A stretch of 63,798 nucleotides of DNA, the filler included, from Choristocarpus tenellus KU-1152 (lineage: Eukaryota; Protista; Phaeophyceae), in NCBI GenBank assembly GCA_964200185.2. It is 12 parts of 12 records of this genome, joined end to end, with 100 filler letters (N's around TTAATTAATTAA, not from the genome) between each part and the next. Parts side by side here need not be neighbours in the genome. Positions count along the whole stretch, not along the records: positions 33,108 to 40,628 come from CAXNAD020006031.1; positions 40,729 to 50,111 come from CAXNAD020003728.1; positions 50,212 to 59,610 come from CAXNAD020003710.1; 9 more parts are not named here. One strand, written 5' to 3'. A model generated the notes under the pieces. That model ran no database searches and was not told where the DNA came from. It was given only the letters and a program-made list of their open reading frames with translations. The position numbers and the translations under genes are program-made. Shown here piece after piece: positions 37,037 through 50,402 of the stretch. Position 1 is the first letter of the stretch. The number at the start of each line of letters is the position of its first letter.

Positions 37037-38210
37037 ATGAACTCAAAAGCTATAGTCAATCAGTCACATCCAGTCGATGGATTTGTAGAGATGGAAGGAA
37101 TTAAGGGCAAGAAACTTGCACCTTTCAACCCGAGCAGCGACGCGGTTATCCAGATTTCTCTGGAGATGCTTCAGGTGGTGAAGAGTGACGTTGTGTATGA
37201 TCTAGGTTGTGGAGACGGAAGGATGCTGGTTGAGGCGGTCAGGTTATCAGGGGCACAGGGGGTAAGTGATGAAAGCGTCCTGCACTGACCACCTATCTCG
37301 CGAAGCTATCGAAATCGTGCTTAGGAAGGACCTTACTGGGATTAATGGTTACAGTAACGATGTATGTGCATCTCCTTGCTCCACAGATTGGCGTCGAATA
37401 CGACCAGAAGTATGTGGATCGAGCAGAGCAACGTGTGGCGGAAGCGGGGATGAGTGGGCAGGTTGGTGCGGGTTAGCCTGTGTCGGAAAAATTGTGCGGT
37501 TAAGCTTCTATGATGCATTTTCCAGGCATAGGCTTGAGACTTTCACGATGGACGAAGGCATTTGTAACACCCACTTCCACCTGTATGAATGTTGGAAGGT
37601 GTCACGCAGAAGGGACAAAACTCATACGATGTGCAGTAGCTGTAAGACAGGATAATCAAGCTATGGACCGACATCCCACCTCCGCTGTGGACCTTTCAAC
37701 TCGAACCTTGCCAACCGATAGGTGAAGATACTGCACATGAACGTTTTAGATGCCGACCTAGTAGACGCCACTGCTTTATTCATATATCTATGCCCTTCGG
37801 CCATGAAAGCTCTTCGAGAGACCTTGGTCTCATTGCTTCAAGGTGGAGCCAGGATTGTCACCTATGGTGAGTTCATATAAGGTTAGGTGCTGATATGAGG
37901 CAGCAGCTGTCTCGCCGTAGATTGTTGATGACAAAGCGCAGATCCCCATATTGGACTCTCAATCCACTTCCATCCCATGTCGGTGCTAATTGTAACCTCC
38001 CTCTGTTTCCTGCCATCATCTGATTGATGAGGTATTAAATCTTCTCCCACCCACTCCCTCTTGGACACAATTGCTGGTTACATTTGTTTAGTGTTTTCCT
38101 TACCAGGTCTGGTGCCAGTGATGGTGAAGGAGTTCAAGTCAACCAAAATACATCTCTACACACAGGGTTCCATTTCCCCACTTGGTGATAGTGCATGTAT
38201 AGGGGATTGA
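37037..38210 (+). CDS. Class I SAM-dependent methyltransferase, FAM173/ATPSCKMT-like, ~187 aa; exons 37037-37261, 37387-37461, 37722-37866, 38092-38210
   Basis: LAPFNPS, motif I VVYDLGCGDGRML, GIGVEYD, DATALFIYL, GARIVTYVFSLPG. All introns GT-AG and in phase. Confidence 0.92.
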
Positions 38211-40349
38211 AATGAGCAGTCTAAATCGTCTTGCATATCTACATATGCTGTGTTCTTGTTTGGGTTGCCACTGTAATTTGGTGAAGCAGCACACACAATC
38301 AACTGCAGTTCACATGGTTCCAAGAAAGAGCGAGTTTTTGTTGCTTGTTTCTGTTCTGTGAAGTGAACCTGTACATGCTTGTTTTTTTATTTGTGTTCAA
38401 TTAGTTATATTGTACCTCTTTATGAACCCCTGTTGTGTGTGGAATGTGTGTGGCATGGTGCAAAAGGCCTTTTCTCTTACACTCTCCCCTCTCACCGCGC
38501 CCCCTCTCCCACCTCCACTCTTTGAAGAATATTTAATTTGAAGCATGGTAGTAGTCATCACCTCATGTATACTTTTTGTTCAGTCTATTCCAAAGGATTA
38601 CCTATTCTTTGATTAGAGATATATGCAGTGGATGCGTGATGTGTGTTTGTGTCAATTCTTTTTCTGTTTGTCTTCATTTATTCTCAGGATCAATATCTTC
38701 CTGCTGAACAGGCAAATCTCCTGACTTCCATTTTTCATCTAAAGGATTTAATCATTGTAATTGATATTAAGCACATCAACAACGATGCCTTTTTCCAAGA
38801 TGCTCCTCCAAATGATCTTTCCACCAAGCCTTGGTATTGCAATACCCTTACTGATGTGAGTACTACACACCCTGTGAGCAATTGTTACTCAACCAATAAG
38901 TTGTGCAATGCAGGTCTCATCATTTTGAGGTTTATGGTGCCATTTCATCTCATTTTGATACAGTTGCCGTATCGGCAAGTATAGTCTGGTTCACTTTACT
39001 GTAACACAATGTTCCTGTTATTCCGTCCAACTAAGGCAAAAAATCACTATCCTCAGGTACTTACAATGCAACATCCCTTTGAAACTCTTGTTACACTACT
39101 TCTGGCAATACATGTAGTATTTGCTACATATTGAGAGGAAAAGGAAAAGAGACGGATCTTACACACGCAATACGTTTACGCAAGAACCCAAACTTTTATA
39201 TTTGGTAACCATAAACAAATCAAGTAAAAGACATTTCCTGAAGGTAATACAACCTACTGGGAAATGATCGGGAAAGCCCAACCTCCACAAAATCCGCATC
39301 TGCCTGTGACACGCCTAAGAGGTGGAAAAATACGGTGCTAAACTTGAGGACAAACAACTGTAGGCAATGAATGCATTTTACTCAGAACAGAAAGCTGGAG
39401 TTGTGTATCAGTTCAGGGAGTTGTGTTGATACTTTCAATTCTCTATACCGCAGTTTCGTGGAGTCTGCCCCTGCGATGTACATGAGGTTACCAAAGGGGG
39501 TTCAACTGGGCGTTGGGGCATTTGTGATTGATTTACAGATGCACTCGCTTCCAGAATGCATCGTCAAACTCGAGAAACACGGAAGACCACTCACGGCCTC
39601 ACTGTATGTTTGCATTATAGCAATCCCTCCAAAGTGATCCAAGATGCGATTCTCCAATCCCAACGCGCATTCTATTGCCTAGCCGTTTACTTCATTGACA
39701 TCCACTGACCCAACGCACGACAAAGAAGTGTTGACTTAAGTATTTGAATTAGAGTCACCTCGTAAAAAAACGCCTTCCTTGTCACGTCAAAATGCACTCT
39801 ACTGCCACACCAATATAAAATGATACATACAAAAAGAAATGTTTGAAACATGACAGAAAAAACACACGCACGCACATAACAAACACAACCCACACACACA
39901 ATTCGAAAGTAGAAAAATATGCAACAGCTGTAGGCTCTGACCTGCTGGGAAATGAGTATCTTTTCAACGGCCCTTTCCGTTATGCTATATGCATCGATCA
40001 TGGAACAGAGATGACAAGAGGCCCTAAAGGAAAAACCTTCTGTGTCCTGGTCCTGCACTTCACAGCTCCAAAGGAATCCCGACTACTGCGAGAGACCCCG
40101 TCACTGTGATATCAATCCCTGCTGAGAGGAACACCTTCAATCTAGCAAATACCATAGACATTGTGCAAAGTAATAGACGGACAAAACCACTCGGGAATAA
40201 AGCCGGTGAAGTTCAACCAAAACAAGCCCACAGGGAAGGTCCCTTTCAATCTCCTCTGCACTGCTGTTTACCAGCCCCATACCATTTGTCTCGTCTCTTG
40301 AAGATTTCGAAGATTAAAGTAACAGTCGCTGCCAATTGCACTTTTTTTT

Positions 40350-40507
40350 TTTCATGCTCTTGTGGAAACCAGGCTTGGCTCTCCAGCCTCTCCCTTCCGG
40401 TATTCCCCTATCTCCAATAGTACCATGTCCATAAACTCTCCAAATTTTTCACTTGTACGGTGAAGGTGAAGGGATACCTCCGGGTTTCTTGCCCCATCGA
40501 TGTCGAC
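40350..40507 (-). CDS. Possible terminal exon (VDIDGARNPEVSLHLHRTSEKFGEFMDMVLLEIGEYRKGEAGEPSLVSTRA*)
   Basis: Polypyrimidine tract + TAG acceptor, then a protein-like frame to a stop. Family not recognised. Confidence 0.4.
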
Positions 40508-41227
40508 CTAAGAAAATATACCAAAACAGATGAGAGGAGAGAGGGGGTGGGGGGGGGAAGGGGTGGGGGCGTTGGTATCCAGGAGAAAGGTCAAGTGAAG
40601 TGATTTTCTTGACAAAGTTCCAATCACGNNNNNNNNNNNNNNNNNNNNNNNNNNNNNNNNNNNNNNNNNNNNTTAATTAATTAANNNNNNNNNNNNNNNN
40701 NNNNNNNNNNNNNNNNNNNNNNNNNNNNGGGGGGGCTGGGTGCAAAAGTTGTGCTCTTCCTCTATGCCGCTTTTTTTTTTTCAACCCCCCCCCCCCCCCC
40801 CCCCCCCAAATTGTGATCAATACACAAGGATGCAGTTCAGAGGGTGTGCACTAAGAATTGGAACTTTTACATGACATTTATCACTGCCAAATAAGAAAGA
40901 CCCGCTACAAACTCTGTAGGTAATAAAGAATAAACAACAATGCGATGAAAACAGTGTACCATGATAAAAGGTAAACAAAAAACTGAAAACATACACCTAT
41001 GGTGAAGTGGATCAAAAGCACAAGGTCCAAAATATGTTTTTTACAACATTGGAAGAATATAGATAGATACCTTGGAGCACACAATACATTAGATCATACT
41101 GAAAATATTCTGCTGAACCAGCACACCGTGTTAGGTCATATCTGAACTATACACACCAGCACGATCCCAAAACATACGAAGACAGCTTGAACAAGAGCAC
41201 AAAAAAACAATGCATTGCACCTCTTAC

Positions 41228-42706
41228 CAAGGATAGACCTTGGCGAGCGGTCCATACTGTTTACAGCAACCTGAATCTTGAGTACATCCACACCCTCCCC
41301 AAGGGACGAGTAACCTTGCTCATCAAGGTCGCCGAAGCTTACCCCCCCACCCTGTATGCACAATTTTACAGTCAAGCATAGAGGGTCAAGAGTTAGGTGA
41401 GAGTGGTGTTCGGCACGAGTGCTGAACAAGAACAGTAACAGCTTAGACTAAATATGACCTGGGCTAATAGCTATAGCAATACACGAAAAATGCAGCAAGA
41501 ATATTCACGAAGGGTTAGGTAAGCTTCACCCACAATTGCGACCACTCCACATAGTAGAGTCCGCCTGAACTACATAGCCTCCTTTGGTATTTGCCATGTA
41601 CTAGTGATATCAGATAGCAATACACACTCTCATTGCAATCCTGTCAAAATTATCACACGAAGCTTAACACTCGACGAAAGCCACCCACAAAACACTTAAA
41701 ACAAAATGTAGGCTTCTCACGAAACCACCTTACGCACCATAAATCTTCGAGAAATCGTCAGAAGTATGGGAGAACTTGTGCCTCTCTAGGCTATGGTGTA
41801 ACGTAGATAACTACGACGATCAACATCGCGGCGTTCACAGTCTGACATTAAATCGGGCCCTACTTCAATATTTGAGTGTGTAAGTAACCTTGATCAGCTG
41901 GGTAGCTCCATATGCCACAGCACCAAGGACCAAGAGGTCTACAGGGTTCACTCCAAACCCTCCACCATATATGGAGATGCCAGGGCTCATGAAAGGAGAG
42001 TAGCCGAAAGGAGAGAATCCGCCAAATCCTCCACCGTACATGGGAACAGGGACAGGCATTAGCGATGGTCCACCACCACCAAACGACCTGCTAGGGGCGC
42101 TGTAGGATCTGCTAGGGGCGCTGAAGGACCTCTAAGATACGTAGCCGTGACAAAGGTGGAGGGAGGGGGCCGCAACGCAAGCAGGGAGAGTTGAATTGGA
42201 ACAAAGCAATCCTTTTGGTGGTGTTGCAGTGTGAGCGATCGCACATCGGATGCGTAGGGTTTTTCTTTGGAACAGATTTTCAAACATTGACTGAATTTTC
42301 TGGTGGTCAGTTAATCATTTTACGACATTGACCAGGATCGGGGTCAATCATCAGCAAATGTAAAGAACACTCAAGAGTAAGGGCTACTCACTGATGGAGA
42401 CGAGAAGCTGCGGCCCCCCATCCTTCCACTGGATCCGGCAGCATGGGCGTCGCTTGGTACTGCAGTAATAGAAGACACAGCTATTACCCCAGCCAACGAC
42501 ACTGTCGCAATATTCTTGCACGCATCTCGAAAGAGGGCAGCCATTGTGCCCTCCTTCATGTCGCCTTTCTCACCACTCATGCTGAGCGAGGGCAAGGATT
42601 GCTGAACACTCCTGCAGGCCAGGCTGGTGCCAGCAAAAGCACTGGCATGATGAACGAACGCCTGTGCTGTAACTAAGCCCGCAAGCATGCACACTAGCAG
42701 TCTCAT
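41228..42706 (-). CDS. FLAP1: DUF1517 / FLAP1-like plastid protein, 5' part; exons 42706-42392, 42131-41889, 41351-41228 (3' end lost at contig edge)
   Basis: Signal peptide ending AQA-F followed by a transit-like region. Signature SSGRMGGRSFSSPS-RSFSAPSRSY, Gly/Tyr/Phe-rich segment, TM helix, VLKIQVA. Introns in phase. Confidence 0.85.
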
Positions 42707-43051
42707 GGATGATCTTGGTCGGTCAGACAATCCTGATGAGACGAGGTTCAACAGAAGGTTCAACAAGCACAAAATCAAGCGGCAGATCACAGCACTGAAC
42801 CCAAGGCCAATTAAACTGCATACGAATAGGATAGCCTCAAATTCCAACTCAAGCGGTTGCAAGAGGGTTGATGTACTCGTCAGGCCCCTGTTCTGACAAC
42901 TCACCTTAGCAACACCTGGGTCGTTTTTTCTTGGACGTGCCAACTCAGGATCACCAGAGTAAGCATGCCTCTTTCATACAGAATATTTATTTTATACTTG
43001 TTAGGGTTAGGACGGTTACCTTCAAATCAAGTCCAACTGCAACATACCATC
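42707..43051. promoter_or_regulatory. Putative bidirectional promoter / 5' UTR region
   Basis: 345 bp between the divergent inferred start codons at 42706 (-) and 43052 (+). Confidence 0.5.
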
Positions 43052-46000
43052 ATGATCATGATTTGGATGAAGGTGTTGGTTGTCCTTGGTGTCACATCTC
43101 AGGCGAAGGCTGATCCTGTCACGCTTGCTTGGGTCGGAGGATCTGTAACATGTCCAGCTTCCCTCTTCTCTACCCGTGGGTGCTGTGTAATGCGAAGTGG
43201 GGCGAATGATGATAGCTTTCCTGTTACACGATCTGAGCTTCTTGTCAGGGGTGGAGTCGGTCTCGCAGCGGCTTTTCCTTTTTTTAGCGTATCATTGGAA
43301 TCCTCTGCGGAAACTTCTCAGGGAGGAGGGCTAGTGACCGTACTGGGTAGCGGGGGAAAGACGGGGGGTGAATGCGTCAAATATCTTGCTCAAAGAGGAA
43401 CAGGTGAGGACCGTAAGCAATCGATCCTGAGATTGCCAACGACGTATGCCCCTTAAATCTAACCTTCCATCGATAAAATTCAGGGGTGAGAGCTGTGGCA
43501 CGAAGTTTGATTAATAGCCAGGGAGAAACTCTGTCATTTGACAACCTCGAGGGGGCATCTGGCATGGTTTTACTGGGTACAGCCGATGTCACGCAGAAGG
43601 AGACATTGCCCGATGTGATAAGAGGGTAAGCCCTAGCTCACGCTTCTCACCATGGTGATTTCCCAAACTTGCACCTCGAGCTCATTCTGAAGTAGGCAAA
43701 GTGTATTCTATCCCCCAGAATGAGGAACGGGTCCTCTCTCTATTACTTTTCTATGTGACCCACCAGCGCGTGTACAACTCAACCTTTATGCTGGAGTACT
43801 ATTCCATAGAAGAAATGTAAGCGACTGGTTCTTCCGTGCTGTTTGAATATTAATCAACTGGACGGCTTGTTTAAAGAAGCGTTGCTCTGTCCGAGATATA
43901 CTGGTCGCAATATTTCACCAATTGTCAAGTCTACATGCCCCAAGTTCCAAAACCAATTGAACTCACGTAGGTCATCCGCTGTGATATTCGCCTCCTCGGC
44001 CTCTAAGCAAGGAGGTTCAGCGAAGGATGTGGACTATCAAGGCGAGTTACTAGTTTCTCAGTCTCTGTGTACTCGAGGGGCAGCCTCAGTCCCGTCGTCG
44101 ACTGGTTGTCTCTGTACAGCCATGAACATTTTGAGTGGCATTTTATGCTTGAGACATATCCTCGCTCCTAACCAGCAGTGAGGTATGGTTTCATCACTTA
44201 AGATCCATCAGCATAAACTCGTGGCTTATTTGATTTGTATTCTGTACATAATGTGTCCCAACATTTCCACCATGTGTGCTTATCTCTGCAAGATGGCAAT
44301 GGGGCGTGTTAAGTGTGTTTCTCATCACCGCTGTTGATGTCCCCATCCTACCTCTGACCACATGTTCATACAAATCTCAAAGTGGATTCCAGTTGCTTTC
44401 TCTTTCAAATCGAAACTATCAACTATCACGCATCCTTCTGAGAAAATAACATGGGGTCCTTCCCTCACCCGTGGTTAGTACATTGTCTCACCCAATATTC
44501 ATGTCTAGTGAGTTTCACTGTTCATTACAAGACTCAAATCTATCCGATCAACAAGTGCACCAATAATACCAGTTGCACATCTATCTAATCCTCCATCCAA
44601 GTATTTCTAGCGCAAATATTCTAATGAAGGTCTGTGAGCATTATTCTGGTATTGCAGGTGTCCTCAATGTTGCTGAGGTGTGCCTGTCTCTTTCAGTCCC
44701 CAGGCTGGTTGTTGTATCATCTGGGGGTGTGGCATCACCAGATTCTTCTATCTACAAATTTCTTAACCTCTTTGGAGAGGTGGGTTCTGTCCACTGTCCT
44801 TACAATAATCAATACGGACATAATGTGTTAAAGTGCTACATACTCTTCCTCTTGCAGACTTTCAGGAATTTCATACATTACCTACACTAGAAAATATCGA
44901 TTTGGAAACCCATTCTTTTGGTCATAGTTGCAGATTTCAGCATGTTGTAATTGTGGTCCAACTCACCCAGTTCAGGTTCATAGGGACAGTTCTCTTTGGT
45001 GACTGAGAAAGTCACCCCTTAACCCATGTCTACTGGTGTGTTGCTTCTTTGTGTGTGTGTCCAGCAGATCATGACCTGGAAGATCCGAGGAGAAAACCAG
45101 GTGAATATGCCCTTGGTGACATATGCCTTTGAGGATGCTTGTCCAGACACTCTGTGGAACAGCTACAGACAGAGACAGATATACTGCCCGGGCCAGTGTT
45201 CACCAATCCCCTACTATAGTAATTTTGGAATATTAGTCTGTGAATGGAGTAGATGGAGCCTAGAGTATTGCAGGGAATCATCTGACTGCGCAATGTTCTC
45301 ATGCTTCTTATGCCCATTGAAGTGGTTCCTGAGTACTATATGGAGAGATTGCCAGTAGATTAGGTAGGACTTGAAGTTTTGATACCGTCAAGTGATTGTC
45401 CATCATTGTTGAGGCAAAAAGCAGTCAACCTATAGGATTCCCTATCTCATCTTAGTAGAAGGTCTAGGGACCATCCACAATGTTCTTGGCCACCATTCTG
45501 GTGACAAACTTACCTGTTCACGTCCCTCCCAATTAATCACAAGAAGGGTCAGGGGTAAATGTCATCGGTTTTGCTCGACCTTTGCCCCTGCCTTGCTTCT
45601 GCCTACAAATTAATCTTCCTTTCCTACTACTTTGAATGGTAATGTCAACTATGCTTCTTGACTCTGCCGACTCTACAATCTCAATCACCCCAGATGCGAG
45701 CCATGTACAAGGCACAAGGACCAAATGCCCCATGTTCATACACTATTGTAAGGCCTGGAGGTGAGCCTATAGTGTACCTTGTCTCATGGTTCCAGAGAGT
45801 ACGTGATGCTGCTGCAAAGTTTCTTGCTTCCTCGCCAGTTTCCTAGGTGCCTGTCCCCAAACAAGGTGATATAGATACCTCCTGTTTCAACCACCCTCCA
45901 CAACTTGGAGATGGAGGTCTTTTCTTCTTTTTTAGATGGTGTAAGAGATGGATGATGGTTTCAAGTATGACTAACCGAGGGCTGGTATTATTGCCAAAAT

Positions 46001-48123
46001 GACCTTTTGCCTTCATCACCCAATGGTAACATTATTCAAAGTACAATGTAACGTTTTTCACTGTGCGGCAGCAATACGTTTCCAAATGGTAAAAACTTGA
46101 CAAACATTTCCCAGCAAGAGCAATAATATTTAGCGCGATCTACACGAACTGCGTATGACAATGGTCCACCGGTGCCTTTCTACTTTTGCTCCGCAAGACA
46201 TTTTAGGGTTAGGGTGTGTACTCAATCAAGATGCGGAATCTTGAGTTGGAGATTTGTCAATCCCTGTGTGGTCTCCTTCACAACGCGCTCTAGTCTCTGC
46301 CAGCAAACTAGTTACTTGTTTTTGGCTCTTGTGTAGGGTGTGAAATACTCTGGTGCCAAACTGATCTTGTCCCTTTCTTGTGTCAGCAAGACAAGCCTAC
46401 CTTGTTTGTCCTCAAGAACACTCCACCGCCGTTCTTTTTTTTTGTCTATGTCCCTTGGTCTGCAAAGCAGTGCTCATTATACAAATCTGTTCCCTGCAGA
46501 GTACAAGTGCCTCGTCTCTTGCTTACAATGAAGTCCAATTTTCTTTGAGCAGGCCTTACTCTTGACTCACCAAAGGGTGTGACTGAGATTGAAATCAACC
46601 AAGGCGACACCAAGAGTGGTCGAATTGCTCGTGCTGATGTAGCTGGTGTTTGTGTTGAGGCAGCTTTCAGGTGAGTAGTGTTGTTCAATGTTAGTGTGTT
46701 GGTTTTCCTGGGAATGGTTTTTTGTGGAACTAGGTGGTAAGGAAGGGGTCCGGACAGAAATGAAATGCCCTGCATTTTCATGAGTTATCTTTTTTTTTGT
46801 AGAGGAAATGGATGTGCTGAGGTTGGAATAAGGAACAAATGCCTGTGCGTGTTGGTGTACACTGAAAATTAAAAAAATTAAAAGTACATTGGAATATACT
46901 CAATGTTCAAAGGGAAAAGGATCTATTGGTCAGAGTACAGCGTTACATTATTCTGCTTGTTTCAAATCACCAGTATTCAGTTCTTCCACCTTGTACCTGA
47001 ATTGTGCTCTAATGCCCTTGTCATACCCTGCGTATCACTTTCTCTTTATTCCCACTATTAGCCTTGCAGCAAAAGACTGCACACTGGAGTGCTATTGGAA
47101 GGTGAGATATCATACAACATGGTGGAATGTGCAGCCTTATGTTGCACCTATGAGACTTGTCAAAAGAATCCCTGTTGGTAGCTTGTGAGAGGGAGGGTGA
47201 TGACCTCTGGTGTGACATAACACCTCTTTCCCATTTGATGTGCCAAGATACAACCTCAGAAATATTAGGGTATTGCTTTGTTACAGCAGACCACTCAAGG
47301 TACATGTCCTCCTTTCTTTCATTCCTTCACCTTACTTCCATCCTTCAAAGTGGAATCAGGCGCACTAGGTAATCCATGCTAATTTGCATGCCTCTCTGAA
47401 CAGAAGCGATGTGATAACTGTTGCCTCCCTTTTTTCTCCTCATGATCAGGACACCGCCAAGTCTCTTGAGGGTGTGGGGGTGTCTAACATCCTCAAGCAA
47501 ACGTGAGTTACTCATTGATGTTTGCAGCTCATGGGAAGCTGATGGTGTCTTACGCCACCCAAGAACATACACACAAACACCCTTTCAAAATGTATAGTGT
47601 TACGCTCCTAAATTTGAATAAAAGATGTGCAGTAGCTCTCACTGTTTCGTAAAGGAAATAGGTATATCGCCACTATTGCCTCCTTAGCAGGTGTTTTATG
47701 GTAAGGTTTCTTGTCATGCAACGTTAGATTTGATTGGGTCCAAACCAAGAGGTGTGCAAGAGTGGATGCAATTTCCACATAGGTTGTGTCCCCTTGTATT
47801 GTGGAGGATATCTTCGGCCAATGGGAAGTGTCTGACTCCAACTTTTGGGAAACATGTATTTTGGACTGGCATTATCATTGTATGATTGCATGCATGAAAG
47901 GCTATTTTGCAGTTTTTCCATTCATACATCTGTAAATATTTCTCAGCTGATTGGACCATATTTTGTGTGCCACATTTACCCTTGATACTTGTCCCACATA
48001 CTACTCTAGTGACTTGTTTCTCTCAATGTTCTTTTCAGGAACCCAACTCCTGAAAGATTTGGCACAGAGCTTCAGGGTCAGACTTGGGAGGAGATATTCT
48101 CGGGACTCAAGCGTGATGCATGA
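43052..48123 (+). CDS. NAD(P)-binding atypical SDR (NAD_binding_10, Tic62/Ycf39-like), probably plastid-targeted; exons 43052-43403, 43484-43625, 43971-44041, 44658-44779, 45068-45100, 45694-45760, 46553-46670, 47062-47101, 47450-47502, 48039-48123
   Basis: VTVLGSGGKTG, VRAVAR, ADVT, AVIFASSA, VDYQGVLNVA, RLVVVSSGGV, WKIRGE, YTIVRPGGL, GDTKSGRIARADVA, WEEIFSGLKRD*. Nine introns phase-consistent, one with a GC donor. N-terminal signal peptide. Confidence 0.92.
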
Positions 48124-48991
48124 CATGATATCATTACTTGTGGTGGAAACGGGCCAGATCCATGTCATCTCAAGCGAATCAGTTCAACATGTTGAGCTTT
48201 TTTACAGTTCATCAAACTATTGCTGTCATAAGACGTCACCCTGCTGCTGCCACAGCAACTTCTTACTCTGCCAACGACTCAATGCTCAAGTTGGCAAGTT
48301 GGATCTACAAGATGCATTGTGTGGCTTATTATTTAATTTATATGCCACAAAGAGGCTGGAAGAGCATATTCAGATATAATTATGACATGAGTTCAAATGT
48401 ACTACACTGTGTTCTCAAGTTTTTGTTCTTAGACTCCCATATTTTCTGTCTGACACAACGTTTGTGCATTTAATATTTTCTGTTTTTTCCTTGTCAATCA
48501 TGGGCTTCAGCAACTTTGTGTGTGTGTGTGAGAGAGTGAGAGAGAGAGAGAAGTGTTGGGATTTCAGTTTATGTGCCCATATACACACCTATGAATAGTA
48601 GAGGTATACTGTGTAGCTATCTTTATCTTTGATATTGATGGCGTTGGTGGAGTCAGGAGTTTTCTTGAATTCTTAAATTTTTGTTGTAATTTTGTTGGGG
48701 TTTTTTACCTTAGTCTGCTAAACTTCTCCTCTACCTCTACCTCTCTATTCCCCTGTTGTTGGCTTAGTTCTGGAAGTGTCCAACTCTCAGATACCTTGAT
48801 GAGATTTCTAATGTTTTTTTTTCTGATTATATGGTGGTCCAGGTTGCTCTCTCTTCCTCCACCGCGTTTTCATTAATTCTTTTCAATCCTCCAATCTTTC
48901 ACATTTACGTCGTCTTTGAACACAGCTATACATTTTGAGATGAGATAAGATAGGAATTCTGAGAAATCAGAAGGGAAAGTCAAAAGGGGTT

Positions 48992-49606
48992 TTACATTCT
49001 GTGATTGGTGAAACCAATCTCATTGCATATCTCACGAAGAAATGTTCTTTGGCACTCTTGTTTGCCCATTTCAGTGAGATGGTACCATTGAGGTTGCGGG
49101 TTTGAGTCCATGCATTGTATTTGTTTGAGGACTTCAGGCAAGGGAAAAGGAATGTGTTTCATTGAGACGAAGGTTAGATTACACAAGGGACCTCCATTGA
49201 AAGGATCGATGGAGAAATTGGTCCGATGGAGAGGGGGGGACACAGATGCTGATCTGTTCGTTAACCATGAATGGGGTGTGAATAGGCTCCTGAAGATGCC
49301 AAAGGGGTCGTAGGCTAGACGAGAAAAAATCGGATGCGGACCAGCGAGGTCTCCTTTTAAGGTAAGGTTGGTGAAGGAGGAAGTGGAACCTGGACTGGTT
49401 AGATCTCCTCCCGAGGCAAAGTCAGTGATGATGGAGAACGAGACTACTGCGTCAGTGAGATCTTCTCCTGATGCAATGTCAGTGGAGGTTGGATCTTCTT
49501 CTGCTGCAAAATGTGATAGTGTTGGACCTATGAAAGGAGCGGGATTTACGAGCTGAAGTCGTGATGAGAGCTGCAAGCCAGAAAACTCACTTCTATGGGA
49601 GTGCAC
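48992..49606 (-). CDS. 204-codon ORF of unknown nature (possibly repeat- or TE-derived)
   Basis: Long open frame with internal repeats (ASGEDLT/ASGGDLT/KGDLA). A short related DNA segment occurs at ~51735-51770. Confidence 0.3.
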   Translation of the reverse strand: MHSHRSEFSGLQLSSRLQLVNPAPFIGPTLSHFAAEEDPTSTDIASGEDLTDAVVSFSIITDFASGGDLTSPGSTSSFTNLTLKGDLAGPHPIFSRLAYDPFGIFRSLFTPHSWLTNRSASVSPPLHRTNFSIDPFNGGPLCNLTFVSMKHIPFPLPEVLKQIQCMDSNPQPQWYHLTEMGKQECQRTFLREICNEIGFTNHRM

Positions 49607-50402
49607 TTAGTGACGATCATGAAACGACAGAGAAGATGAAGTAGTTGGAAGAGGGTAGTGTTGAGCCTGAATGGATTCATTTGTTAAGTATCCCATAGCT
49701 CATGTATGGACAAATGAGATAAATACAGGGGTGTAACCAATTTTTGAGGAGTGATTATTACCAAGAGGGGTTAACCATACAACCCCAAAACACCATGCTT
49801 AATGGAACTAATTCCTATCTATCCGTTCATATACAAATACAAATATGGATTAACCAACAAATTATTCCTGTATTCTGACTCTGCATGTATAATACAAGTG
49901 ATACCCGTTACAGTTGGAGGAGTCTATCCGGACATCCTCTCTAGCTCAAACAACTCTGAGCAGTCACTAGACATAACTATTTACTATACTCGCTAAAGAC
50001 GAAAAATTCGAAGACCCAAAGTATCTGGGGGGGGGGGGGGGGGGGGGGCACCACGCGGGTTTCTTTTTTTTGGATAAAAAAAAGGAAAAGTAGACTTAAA
50101 TTATCCATTCGNNNNNNNNNNNNNNNNNNNNNNNNNNNNNNNNNNNNNNNNNNNNTTAATTAATTAANNNNNNNNNNNNNNNNNNNNNNNNNNNNNNNNN
50201 NNNNNNNNNNNCAAATGGACAGCCGTCACCCCCCCCCCCCAGATACTCTGAGCCAATCAATACCAGTAGCAGTGCCCATGCCATTATCCTTGCGATCTAA
50301 GAAGAGGGAGAGGCAATACATAGATAAAGTAGGATACATCCTTCAGGAAGATCGTGCCCAAAGGGCACGTTGTAAATGTGCTCAATCTGAGTAAAACCTT
50401 GC

